A program made the translations under genes and the position numbers. Below are positions 24,001-35,954 of a DNA stretch of 64,000 nt, in pieces. The stretch's first letter is position 1, and each line of letters begins with the position of its first letter. This DNA comes from Camelus dromedarius. Lineage: Eukaryota. The DNA lies in the NCBI RefSeq assembly GCF_036321535.1, contig NC_087467.1, positions 13,702,001-13,766,000 of the forward strand, in the 5' to 3' direction. The notes beneath the pieces were generated by a model that worked only from the letters and a program-made list of their open reading frames with translations, made no database searches and had not been told where the DNA came from.

Positions 24001-26270
24001 ATTAAAAACAATAAAGAGACTATCACTGCAGATCCTACAGACATTTAAAATAATAAAAGGTTATCAGAAACAAATTTGTGACTTTAAATTAGAAAATTTA
24101 GATGAAAAGGACATTCCATGAAAAACACAACTTATTAGAGCAGACATAAGAATTAGAAAATCTGAATATTCCCATATTTGCCTACAAAATTGAATCTAAT
24201 TATGACAGTTATCTCTCAGCTCCAAATCTACCCTTCATTGTTTTGTCTGTGATACTGGAACATTTCTCCTTTACAGGCCAGCATAATGTTAAGCTTGTTA
24301 GTAGAGGGTACTACTTTCAGGGAAAAACCCTTTCTTCCTGGCTCCAGCGTGCTCACAGGTCTCCCATGGTGCACACGGCCAGCAGTAGGCAGACATCTAG
24401 AGGCACTTACCTACAAGCTTGCAAGCCCTGGCCCACAGTTCCCTGCCCATCAGCCTCCCATCTGTCTGCATCCCATTAGGGGGTTCCTACTTCAAGTTTC
24501 CTTTATGGCAGCTTTGGTCAGCTAGCACTCAGCTAGAAGCTTCCAGTTTGCCATTTCTAACCCAGGATTTCTGTCTGCCAGCCCCAGCCCACTAGTTGTG
24601 GACCAGCTCTCCCCCAGGGAAACCTAGAACATTTCTCCAGTATCCAGTGGGCTGCAGCCATGCCGTCTTCCACAGATTTGAGTCCTAGACTAAGAGAAGG
24701 GACACCCACTTCCAAGTATCTTCTTTAGAGTTCTATTTTTTTTTCCTTCTTAACAGCTAAAACACTGTAAATAGTTCTTTATAATAAGTTTTCCCTGTTC
24801 AAATTACCATGGGATGTCTATCTTCTGTCCGGACCTTGACTGATACACTGATTAAAAAAAAAAAAAAAAAAAAAAAACTTCTGACAAAATAAATTCAGAG
24901 CCAGATGGTTTCACCAGTGATTTCTTCCAAAAACTGGAAGAAGAATAACACCTATTTTACACAAACTCTTATAGAGAATAAAAATAAAGTAATCCCTCTC
25001 AACGCATTATATAAGGCCATTATAATATTAGTAACACAATTTGACAAAAAAAGAAAAATTAAAGGCCAATACTATCTCACATAAACATAGGCATAAAACA
25101 CAAAAATACAAACTTGAAAATATAATCTACCAATATTTTAAAAGGATAATGCATCATGTTCAAGTCGGGTTTATTCCTAAAATTCAAGCTTTGCTTAACA
25201 GTTTAAAATCAATCAATAGAATTCACCACATTATAAAAAAGGGTTAAAAACTTCTGGTCATTTCAATAAATTCGGAAGTTCAAAACCAATTCATGACTTT
25301 TAAAAATTACTATTAAAATTATTATGTAAATTTAGCAAGGCTGTTGTAAATGCAATATACAAAAATCAAATACATTTCTATATGCCAGTAACAAAACTGC
25401 ATTACTAAAATACCATTTAAATTAACATACAAAATATCGAATATTAGAATAAATCTAATAAAAGGTGTATACAACTGTACACACTATAAAACACTACTAG
25501 TAGAAATTCAAGAACAATAAATAAGTGGAGGAATATATATGTTCAATAACTGGAAGACAATACTGTAAAGATGTCAATTTCCCCCCAAATTTATATTTGA
25601 TTCTTTTTGATATTTGACTTGTTGTTTCAATGCAATTACAATAAAAATTCCATCAACTTTTATGGAAATTAAGTTCCCATAGAATGCAAAAGACCAAGAG
25701 TAGTAAAGACAATCTTGAAGAACAAAGCTGAAATACTTAACTTATCAGATATCAAGTTTTATTATAAAGCTATAGTAACTAAAAGTAGTATTCGTGCAAA
25801 GACCGACAAAGAGATCAAAGGGACGGAAAAGAATGTCCAGAAATGGATCCACACTTACACAGTCACGTGATTAATGACAAAGGCCCTCTGCAATTCAGTA
25901 AGGAAAGGATTGTCTGTTCAATAAATGGTGCTGGGGTAACTGAATATCCATATGGGAATAAAATGAAACCTTGATCCATGCCTCAAACCAAACACAAAAA
26001 TCAATTCCAGATGGATGATAGACCTAAAATGCAAAAGGAAAAGCAATAAAGCTTCTCGAAGATAACACAAGAGAATAACTTCCTAACCTGGGGGTAAGCA
26101 AAGATTTCTTAAACTAGACAACACAGAAAAACAGTAACCATGCAGGAAGTAATTGGTGCATTAGGACTTTATAAACATAAAATTGTTTGCTTATCAAAAG
26201 ACACTATTAACAGAGTAGAAGGAAGGAATATTATTTGTAATACATTTACCTAACAAGAGACTCATAAAAG
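21050..26270 (+). mobile_element. Old L1 (5' region, ORF1, endonuclease and RT remnants)
   Basis: ORF 23539 (FSDLSEIDLEI...LLNNPRI) resembles the ORF2 endonuclease C-terminus. ORF 25041 (KRIMHHVQVGFIP...KSINRIHHI) matches the L1 RT motif [30 protein letters not shown]. Confidence 0.92.
24201..24847 (+). mobile_element. LTR41-like ERVL solo LTR inserted in L1 ORF2
   Basis: Starts tatgacagttatctctcagctccaaatctacccttc and ends ttccctgttcaaattacc...ggaccttgactgataca. TSD ctaat/ctgat. The L1 resumes on both sides. Confidence 0.78.
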
Positions 26271-26509
26271 AGTTGTCCAGTGACAACTAAAGTGATAAGT
26301 GATGCTGTGATGGGTGGAGAACTCACAGCATCTTTCAGTTCCCAGACTTAGAGACAACTTTGATACCAAATGAAATGAGTCATGACCATCAAATAGGTAA
26401 CACTTCTAATAGTGTTTTCTAGGATAATTTCATCAAAGCCTAATCTTCTAGGGTAAGAACCATCAAATGTCTAAATGTTAACATTGCTTGCTTTTGTTTT
26501 CTGCCCCTT

Positions 26510-26860
26510 ATCCATTTATCCACTCAAGAATGAGGCACCCATTTATCCGAGGATCACCAATGAGTTCAGAGCTATTCTACACACTAGAGGAACAGAACCA
26601 AATGGTACGGGACCTGTGCCCACAAAGCACGTCAGCAATTGCAGATAGGATGGTGAGAGCTCAGGTAGACATCTACACAGATGCCAGGGCAACACAGGCA
26701 GAGAGTGTGAAATCAGACTGCAGGAGTCACAGAAGGCTTTCAGGAAGAGAAGATTCTCAAGCTGGGTTTTGAAAGACAGGTAGGAGTTAGTAAGATTCAT
26801 ATGGGGAAAAAAGCATTGCTGGTAGACAAAGCAGTATGTGTAGAGAACCAGGGGTATCGC
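26510..26860 (-). mobile_element. L2 fragment
   Basis: atccatttatccactc...aaggctttcaggaagagaagattctcaagctgggttttgaaagacaggtaggagttag. Confidence 0.6.
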
Positions 26861-27530
26861 GTGATGTAATAAGTCGTGTATGCCTTAAGCAAAAGTAATG
26901 TTTATGGAAGGAAAGAAGGTGCCAGATCTTAAAGCGGGACCATCTCTTGTGAGCCTTGTCTTTTCTAGACATGAGACTGCAAAGATGACTTAGGCATGGT
27001 CATGGCCCTTGGGGAACTGACTGCCCAGGAGAGGACATATGCAGGTAAAGAAATAAGACAGAAAGAGGCGCTGTAACAGTGGAAGGTACAAAATGCCATT
27101 TGAGCACAACTTCACCATGATTCCTTGGGCTTTGACTGATTCTAGCTCTCTTAGGTAGTAGTGAATACAGCAAAGTCTTCTATTCATTATCCCTATTTGG
27201 GGATCAGGATTTCTCAGCACCTGTAAATTGGGAGCAATATGGGAAAAGTGTACTTTACCCTTTTCTTTTTCTAGTTTTCACTCCAGCCCAGTTAACAGCA
27301 CTTTAATAGAATAATGTACCTTTGTCCCAGTAGGGGCCATTGCCAAGTGAATTACAATGAGAATTTTAAGATTACTAAATCTACACCAAAAATCTTTCAT
27401 ATTTATCTAAAAAGCATGTAATTATAAAGAAAATATATACCTTGGGAATCAATAATTGGGTCATGAAATTCATCAAATGTCATTTTATTCATTTTGCCCA
27501 AGTGTCTGTTTGGAACGATTCTAAGCAGTG

Positions 27531-27538
27531 TGACGTCA
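27531..27538. promoter_or_regulatory. Full palindromic CRE (TGACGTCA)
   Basis: Exact 8-mer with intact CpG in unique sequence, with TGCGTCA about 35 bp downstream. Confidence 0.4.
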
Positions 27539-28334
27539 GTATCTATTGAATGCCAGCGCTATACAGGGATGCGTCAACTAGCCTCCAAAAGAATTAATGG
27601 CACATAAATATATCTCCATTAAACATGTTTCACATTTACTTGTTATGCATTCACTAAACGTATAGGCTTTTTAAGTTACATTTTTGGCCAAGTCTTTTAA
27701 AACCACAAGGTTGTTTTTTTTTTTTTTTTTTGGAGATGGAGTGGAGCCCCACACCGGGATGGTTGTCTCTGGTGATGATAGCAGGCAGCTCAGATTACCA
27801 CCACTAGGACACCCAGACAAGAGCACAAAGAGACCTGCTTGTTCTAGGCTGCTATGAATTAGAGGCCCCATTCTTAGTTTTCTGAGTATTTCTCAGGCAA
27901 TTCGTTCACGCTGCTGTCTCTGTGGGTTGGTTCATCTGGAGTTGATGAAGGAAGAGCTATTTCAGGGACCGAGCCTGCAGTTCCACACAGACTTTCACAG
28001 ACCCCTGGGGGTCCGGGCACCACTGTGGGTGGCTCTTCCTCCTTAACCTGTAGAGGGCTGGGTTAATCCCTGTCACCACTTGGTACCCCATGTTTAGTCT
28101 TTCTCCCCTATTGTTGTGGGGGGGGGCATATTTTTCCATTTTTACTTGATAAAGTAATAGTAATCCTTTTCTAAAAAGAGGATTCCAAGAAGTTGATGTT
28201 TGTCTTTTTAAATAAAGCAACTGTAGAAAGAAAAAGAAAGCTGTCCTTGATTTAATCACCTAACAATTGGTGCAGTCGTCACAAAATGCCCCAGTGAGGC
28301 AGGGACTGTTATTAGGTCTTGTGTAGGAAGCAGG

Positions 28335-28665
28335 GGTACTTAAAACCACAGAAACTGGAGTAGATTGTATGGATCCAAATTTTAGCTTTGGTGCTTCCTA
28401 GCTGTGTGACTTTGGGCAAGTAACTTAACATATCTGTACCCTGTTTCCTCATTTATGAAATGGAAGAAAGTTCTCTTTTCTAACATTATCATAAGGATTA
28501 AATAAAATAGTATCTTAAAAGCACTTAGAATAGTACTTGGCATAGTAAGCACCCAGCCAAGAGTTATTGTTATTACAACATTTTACATAGGAGGAAACTG
28601 AAATTCAGTCACTCCTAAAGTTACAAAGATGTTAAGAATAGAATTGGGATTTGAACCCAGATCTG
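28335..28665. mobile_element. Two adjacent MIRs (+ ~28335-28575, - ~28576-28665)
   Basis: cttcctagctgtgtgactttgggcaagtaacttaac...cttgggcatagtaagc, then ttttacataggaggaaactga...gaattgggatttgaacccag. Confidence 0.8.
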
Positions 28666-28719
28666 AATTGTTCACTCATTCATTCATTCAACAAGCTCTT
28701 TCCATGACCCATTATTGAT

Positions 28720-29510
28720 TGTTCCTGGAACACAATTCACCATGGGTCTCAATACATCTTGCAAGTGGGGCAATAACTGTCCTTTGTTCTGAACTATCTA
28801 TTTAAGGGCATTTATAAAGCAAATAGCCTTGGAAGACAGAGACAGTACTTTCCCCAGAGCAAAGGGTAGACAGGCTTACTGCCCATTATAAAAGATTGGG
28901 GACCCTCTCCTGTAATGCAGCCTACTGTATGTACAGACATCTACCTGAGCCCATCAGCATCTCCCTTATAGGGCTTGAGGACAAGGGGGACTGACACAAA
29001 TATGCTGATGTTCATGCTGCTTGCTGGGCTATGCTGTCTGACCCAGGAGTCTTGTGTCTTCCATCAGCATCCACGACACTCAGGATAATGTGTGAGTCCA
29101 CTTGGGCTGCTACAACAAAAAATGCCACAGACTAGGTGGCTTAGAAACAACAGAATGCATTTCTCACAATTCTGGAGGCTGGGAAGTCCAGGATCAAAGT
29201 GCCAGCCTGGTCCCTTTCTGGTGAGAGCCCTGTTCCTGGTCTGTAGCTGGTGCCTTCTCACTGTGTCCTCACAAGGTAGAAGGGGTAAGAGAGCTCTCTA
29301 AAGCCTCTTTTATTAAGGCACTAATCCCACTCACCAGGGCTCCACTGTCATAACCTAAGAACCTCTCAAATGCTTACCTCCTAATACCATCATCTTTTGG
29401 GGGGATAGGATTTCAACATATACTTTTGGGGGGAACCCTTGCAGACTGTAGCAGCTAACTTGTTAGCTTGCAGGTATGGTAAAATCTCAGACTCTTCTCC
29501 GTTCTTGGTA
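28720..29510 (+). mobile_element. 5' LTR of an ERVL-class provirus (LTR40-like), interrupted by MLT1A
   Basis: tgtt...caattcaccatgggtctc...aatagccttggaagacagagacagt...gagcaaaggg...tgacccaggagtcttgtgtc...gctaacttgttagcttgcagg..ggtaaaatctcagac...ttcttggta. Homologous to 32488-32967. Confidence 0.85.
29089..29453 (-). mobile_element. MLT1A/MLT1A0 solo LTR nested in the 5' LTR
   Basis: 365 bp, tgtgtgagtcc...cagactgtagca. TSD gataa (29084-29088)/gctaa (29454-29458). Confidence 0.9.
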
Positions 29511-32487
29511 GTATTAGTGATGAGAACAGGATGCTGACGCAGACCTGCTTTTGCTTTCTAGAAGAGGAGAAAGGGCCCTATGGGCACGTTCAAAGGATAT
29601 GAGAAGACCCCTTAAGATGGAGTAGAATTCTCTTACCAATGTGGTGGGCAAATGGGGAGTAACATATTAGTGAATATTAAGAGGATGAACAGAAAGAGGT
29701 AGGATTGAACAAGCACCCAAATTGTTCCTTCAGAAAAGAAGAGGAGAGATGTTACCACTGCAATAAAGAGGCCAGCCCACAGCCCCAGTCAAAAGGCAAC
29801 ATGGCTGTGACTGTTGAGCATGGAGTCCCCAAAGCTGAAATGAGTGGTGTCAACAATGAGGATGTGGAGTAGGGCTTTAGGTGAACTGAAAACATTAGGA
29901 GTTGGTTAGCTGAGCTGGGAATGGGAGCAAGCGGCCACGGGAAGGTTAAAGTGAAGGGAAAGCCTTGCTTAGTGACCCTACACACCCCCGAGCCCTCACT
30001 CTCTCTACCTTTACTGCAGTTGCTTTAAAGAAGATGATTAAGGGTGGGAACAGAAGCTGCGTGCACCCAACTGAGTATACTAGGCAGTTCTAGGGAAAGA
30101 GAAAGACTAACTGCATGACGGGACACAGGCACTCAAGTCACAATTATCCCTGGTCCCACAGGAGAAGCAAGGACCCAAATTCAACTGATGGGATCTGAGC
30201 AAGGTTCACAGTGAGCAAAATAAGCCAAAGTGACCTTGAGTCTCAGTGACTCATGACTTTGCCTATTGGAGCCACTGGTGAAAGGAAGCAGCTTCCACTC
30301 AGAGGTGCCCCTTGGGGTTCTGGACTTGTCATCTCATTGATGTGACTAATAGCTACATCCTTTGTGGAAGCAGCTGTTAACTTGCTACAGGGCTCTTATT
30401 GAAACTGAACACTTGACCTACTAGGGCCTGTGACACTCTGGTATTCCTGTTTTGATGTGGGTCAACTGGAACTCAAAGACCAAGAAATTAAGAGCCCCAA
30501 CATACCCCATTTGTCAAAAAAAAAAAAAAATGAAGCCAGTCTGGTACCAGCACACCTTGGCTTTATGTGAACAAGTGGTAGCCATCCGTTGGGGAAATTT
30601 TATCCCTCATTCCACCACCTGAAGCAAAGCCCCTGGCTTGGTGGGGAGCCCTTGGTTGACAGAGGTTTCCCTGATGGTGTCCACCGGGCCAGCTGGAGCT
30701 GTTCAGCCTCCCTGCCAGCTACACAGAACTGGGATGTGGTTGCTCTGCTCAGTGGGCAAGACACAAAGCCATTCTCATAGCTCTGCCAATACTTCCTTTG
30801 ATGAATCAGATTATATTTCTCCTGATTCTTGGGTTGTTGCCAATGGCTTAGCCATTTGCTCTGCCATTTGGAAAACTAGAGACTGGCAGATTAAAGACAC
30901 CTCCCTTTGGGACCATGAAATGTGGAAACATACCATGGCTGCTAATCAAACCATCTGGGTCACTCCTGTTGCTGCCCACAGCAAGGGCCTGTGCTCTGAT
31001 GAGACTGGAATCGAACTTTTGATTGGATCTGCAATGTCCAGGTTGCCACCATCATTGCCTGGATCCACCATCTTCCCAATACAGCAACACATCCACCATC
31101 ATGGACTAGGCACAAAGAAAAGGACTCTATGTTTCTGATGTTGGGACGTGAGTCCAGCCAAATGTTTCACCATTTATCTCCCAGTGAGGAAGGCCACATT
31201 GCAGCCCTTGAAGCTACTGTGTCATGTTTGTGGCCTTCTGGACTAATTTCAGTCTGACAATGATGAACCTTTTATCATATCCAGTTACAGGCTAATGGTC
31301 AAGATATTCAATAGATCTTCCACGGTCCCTACCATCTACAGGTATGTGGTATTTCTGACAGTTGAAAGGGCATCCATCACTTCCTCCTGGTTCACATATT
31401 TTCTTTTTTTTTTAATTGAAGTATAGTTGATTTACAATGTTGTGTTAATTTCTGGTGTACTGCATAGTGATTCATTTATATATGTATATGAATATATATA
31501 TATTCCTTTTCCTATTCTTTTTCATTAAAGGCCATTAGAAGGTATCTAATATAATTTCTTGTGCTATACAGTAGGACCTTGTTGTTTATCTATTTTATAT
31601 AGTTAGTAGTTAGTACCTACAAATCCCAAACTTACAATTTACTTTCTTAAGGCAATTTGGTCACTGAATGTGGCTGTTCCAGAAAGGGATGATTCTCTCT
31701 TGGCTACTTCCTAGGTAATAATTAGGATGAAAATGGTTGGGTGTTATAACCTATTTTGAAAATTCTGGATTCCACGCGACCATTCCTGGGCATGAAGCTC
31801 CTTTCTGTCTCCTAACGGAATCCCCATCAGCCTCGATGGCCCACCCTCTGGGTGGTAGCACAGCCAAGAGGCGACCTAGGGACTCAAACTTGGTTATAGT
31901 TTAGCCACCAGGATTCTCTCACTGGACTGACATGGTCACAGAGCATAAGGATTATGACCACTTGAGTACCCTTTGGCCCACATATGCCAAAGTCTGGGGG
32001 ATGATGAGTCTCTAAGTTTTCTTTAAAATGCCCTTGTGCCTCTCACACTTGACCCCTCTGAATGAAAGGTTTTGGTGTGTATAAGGGATAATTAAGAAAA
32101 CTGACGCTACAGCTCCTAGAATGGGACACACCAGTTTTGTGGCCACAGAAGGAAAATAACAACCTTGGCACCTGAAGAGAGAACATCTCAGAGTCCAGGA
32201 GGGATGGAGGAGTGAGGGACATTAGTGACATTTGTCTTTCATAAATTTCCCTGGACCCTTCTTCATGAAGGAAAACATCCAGGTGCCACCTTCCCAAAAT
32301 GATGCAAGCACCTTAAATTTAACTGACCTTTAGGACTGCCATCCTCCACCAGGTGGCTCTAATAAGTCTAGCAAGATAGTAGTGTGTGGCTGCACTTCCA
32401 TTACCTCTCATGCAAACACCAAAGGATTGGCATACCCGTGGAAAGTTCGCCAGATGCCAAGATAGTATAAGAATGAGGAATGGATAT
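29511..32487 (+). mobile_element. Deleted ERVL internal region with pol remnants (RT connection, RNase H, integrase)
   Basis: 30306-30418 PLGFWT...KQLLTCYRALIETEHLT. ORF 30638 DSWVVANGLAICSAIWKTRDWQIKDTSLWDHEMWK (ERVL RNase H). ~31220-31370 FQSDNDEPF...QDIQ*IFHGPYHLQVCG (integrase core). PPT-like aggaatggatat precedes the 3' LTR. Confidence 0.9.
31406..31639 (-). mobile_element. Short L1 3' end inserted in the ERVL integrase
   Basis: tttttttaattgaagtatagttgatttacaatgttgtgttaatttctggtgtac... TSD tattttctt/tactttctt followed by aa (L1 endonuclease-type TT/AA site). The integrase frame resumes as LKAIWSLN. Confidence 0.88.
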
Positions 32488-32967
32488 TGTTAGGGGGAAA
32501 TTCTCCATGAGTGTCTAATGTTTCTGCACCTCTGGTGAGCAATGCAGTAAATGCCTTCCTCCCAGACTGTCTTCCAGAATGTTTGTAAAGCAAACAGCCT
32601 TGTTAGATAGAGACAGTATCTCCCTCCAGAACAACAAGTAGACTCGCCTAAGGTCTTAGAAGATAAAGATAGTATCTTCCTCTGGAGCAAAGGGCATTAT
32701 GTTTACTGTCCATTATTAAGGACTCAAGTTCCCTTCACTCAGGAATCCTCTCCTGTGACATATTCATCTGAGCCCATTCCCATCATCTCTGTGGGATATG
32801 GAGGGGAGGGGGAACTGACACAAATATAATGATGGTTCTGTGAGTAATAAAGTCTATTGCCTCTGACCCAGGAATCTCATAGCTTCTGTCAGAATCCATG
32901 AAACTATGACTAGCTATCCTGTTCGCTTACAAGTAGTTAAAGTCTCAGACTCCTCTCATTCTTGACA
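32488..32967 (+). mobile_element. 3' LTR of the ERVL provirus (LTR40-like)
   Basis: tgttagggggaaattctccatgagtgtct...gtgagtaataaagtc...tctgacccaggaatctc...gtctcagactcctctcattcttgaca, with TG...CA termini and an AATAAA. Confidence 0.88.
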
Positions 32968-33114
32968 GTCACGAAATATGATTTGGATCAACCTTCCTCT
33001 CCAAAAGAAGAAAAAGAAATTAAAACTTGGGGAATTCTGTAAAAATCTAAATGTTTCTAAGGTATACCTACAAAGCCATTTTCAGTTTGTCTACATGGTC
33101 CACTGTTCTTATTT

Positions 33115-34260
33115 TTCATTAACTGATCCATTCTCCAAATGTTTGTTGAGTACTACTTAAAAGGTGATGTAACAAAATACAAAACAGACCAGATTCTCAC
33201 CCGCCAGAGGTTTGCAGTCTAGTAGGGAAGGCAGACAGCAGTCATATAGTATTGGGATCATGGAATACATTGTGTGATCAATGTTATGAAAGAAAAGAGA
33301 AGGGTGCCAAGACAAAGAATATCAGAGAGGAAATTCATTTAGTTGTGAGGGCCAGGGAAGATATCACTGAGGAAAGGATTGAGCTGAGATGTGTGGTAGC
33401 AAAGTAGGTAACAGGGTGGGGAGAAGCCAACTGCCCTCATTAAAGTCCTGAGGGGAGAGGATCTTGGCATATTTCAGTGTGGAAGAAGGTGGAGGGGGCA
33501 GGAAAGAGAGGCACAAGATGAAGCAAGGGACTTGGCAGGGGCCATATTAGGCATAGCCTTATAATCAATCATGTTAAGGCTGTGACATTTCCCTAAGAGC
33601 CATGGGGCCATTAAAATGTAAGCTCCATAAGGAGATAGGCTAGGGTGCTTACCTATCTCATTGACCACAATATTCCTAGTATCTGGAACAGTGCCCAACA
33701 CTGTAGGTGTTCAATAAATATTTGTTCAGTTCACTGAAGGCAAAAAATACAATTTGTATTTTTGAAAGACCACGTCAGCTGCTATGTGGAGAGTAGGCTG
33801 AAGAAGCCAAAGCCAAAGCATGAAGACTAGTTAGAAGGCTAGCACACATTCCAGTGACAAACTCAGTAGCTTGGACTAGGGTGGTGGCAGGAGAGATGAA
33901 ACATGTACCCCACTTGCTGTGCCACACACACACACACCACACACATACCACACACACATACACAACATACCACACACACCACATACACACCCCACATACA
34001 ACACACACACCCCCCACATTCCCCACTCCACACATACACATACACACACACACACACCACACACATACACACCATACCACACACACCACATACACACCCC
34101 ACATACAACACACACACCCCCCCCACATTCCCCACTCCACACATACACATACACACACACTTTGAAAAAATCTTTTTGTAGGGCTTAAGGATCTATTCAA
34201 CTTGAAAAGATCATGGAAGATCATCAAATTCCATGTGAAACACTTAAAGATAGTATGTTA
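33115..34260 (-). mobile_element. L2 3' region (interrupted by a + strand L2 tail ~33640-33735 and a CA tract)
   Basis: ccattctccaaatgtttgttgagtactac...cagtctagtagggaaggcagaca...gagccatggggccattaaaatg...actagttagaaggct...gtggcaggagagatg. Confidence 0.75.
33919..34160. repeat. Degenerate (CA)n/(CACAT) tract with a higher-order duplication
   Basis: Source of the His/Thr- and Cys/Val-rich ORFs 33775-34227. An ~85-bp unit ending ccccacattccccactccacacatacacatacacacacac occurs twice. Confidence 0.92.
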
Positions 34261-35954
34261 ATGGATGGTTGGAGTCTTTGGGATAATAGCTAGTTGTGCA
34301 TAGCTAGTGGTGCCGGCAAATAGATTGAAAGGGGAAGACTCACTCATGAAAACAAAGAGAGTAATGGGAACTGATACCACGTGCAGTAAAACTTCCAGGC
34401 TCAGCAGAATAAATCTCAGAGTGTTTCTCCCCCAAGACCTCATCAAACTTTCTCTCCAGCCTGACTGCCCCTCGCTCCCTGCAGGACACAGTGAGTTTGA
34501 GCCTCACTGGCCATTGCAGGAGCCCTTTTGCTCCTATGTGGAAGGCAGGCATTCAGTGTGTGTGTGAGCTCAGCCTGCCTGGCATCCTGGTAAGGGAAGC
34601 GCTCCTCCTGTGGGCTCAGGAGGCAGGATGCTGAGTGTAGGGGCAGGGCTGGAAGAGAGGAGCACGGCAGGTGAGAAGATAGGGCAGTGCCCTCCAGGTC
34701 ACGCTGTGTCCGCGCTCCTGATGTCACACACCACGGTGTTGGGCATGGCAATTCCTAAAGCAGAAGTTGTGGAGGAACTGGCCAAGGTTATTCTGGTGCC
34801 ACGGTGGTCTCCGTCTCCCAGCCCAGATGGCCAGGAAGGCTATGAGGCAGAGAACTCTGCTCCCAGCGGAAAGCGGAGCGCTTGACACTGCTTAAATCAT
34901 GGCCACTCACGCCCACTTGGACAGGTTGGCCTCCCCGTCTGAAGGGCAGGAGGTAGGCAAGGGCCCTGGAGAGGGAGTTCTCATTGAGAGACAGTGGAAC
35001 GGCTGTTCTAGTTCTTCCTTAGCCCTGCTAGGAATGCCCACAGCCTGGGTGGGGGCTGAACAGGCAGAACACTGGCAAAAAGCAAACAGGGCGAGGATTT
35101 CAAGATCTTCATCATTCGACAGAATAATGCTGATGGAAATCAGCCACCAAGTGGTCATTCATTTTAAATGATTTTTATCAAAGGACAAAAAAGAAACTGT
35201 CTACAGAGAACTAAACGTATATATTCTTCTTATGTTTCATGGGGTGGATAGCACTTTGTAAGTGGGCTACCTCATTTCAAGGCTTTTAATGAAAAATAAT
35301 TAGTTTAGCTGATCTATCCATTCCCAACTCATCCATAGCAAGTGGAGAGTGGAATTACTACTAGTGCCCTTAAATCTGCCTTTGAATGAAAATTGTTTTC
35401 ACCATCTCTAAGCTGTTAGACCAAAATTCTACATATGATCTGCAGTATTTTTAAGGACCTTTGTTCATTCTCATCCAGTCTTAAATGTCTCCAACACTCA
35501 GGGAGCGTTAGCCAATATGGAATGATACATGTCCCCAAAGGGCAGCCTCTCCTTTCACCAGGGTTTCCATGGAAAGGTTCTGCACCCAGATCCTGGGCAG
35601 GGCTCCCATGCTCCTTTAATCATCCAGGATCCTGGAGAGTGGATCACTCACTGTGTAGGCTGCCTGATATCACAAGTGTAATAGACTTTCAGAACTGTTT
35701 AGTGGCTCTTGTTGATGTCAAAAGTGAAAAGACACAGAACTTTGAGAAAGATATTAATAGGGGCAGTTGTATAGTTATTTTCTTTATCTAGGGCCTGCCT
35801 GGCTTTAAACTTTTTCTCCAGCCCTCTCACCTCACACTAGATGTTTGCCTCCTTGAGAGGACTTCCCAACCCTTCTCGGCAAGGTTCTAGATCAATGACA
35901 GACACGTAGGAGATCTGCCCTCTATTTATGCACGCTAAAAGGCTATTAGATGTG

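Noticed and set aside
30638-31138. 166-aa ORF, the longest natural-looking one
   Set aside because: It is a frameshifted ERVL RNase H remnant flanked by stops and an L1 insertion, with no sign of domestication.
33775-34227. Cluster of 90-150 aa ORFs (Cys/Val- or His/Thr-rich)
   Set aside because: They are translations of the CA/TG simple repeat, which lacks stop codons by composition.
34701-34721. REST/NRSE-like match (TCAGGAGCGCGGACACAGCG on the - strand)
   Set aside because: The invariant GGACAG is broken (GGACAC) and the left half has several mismatches. The GGCGCTGTC at 52148-52156 is only a half site.
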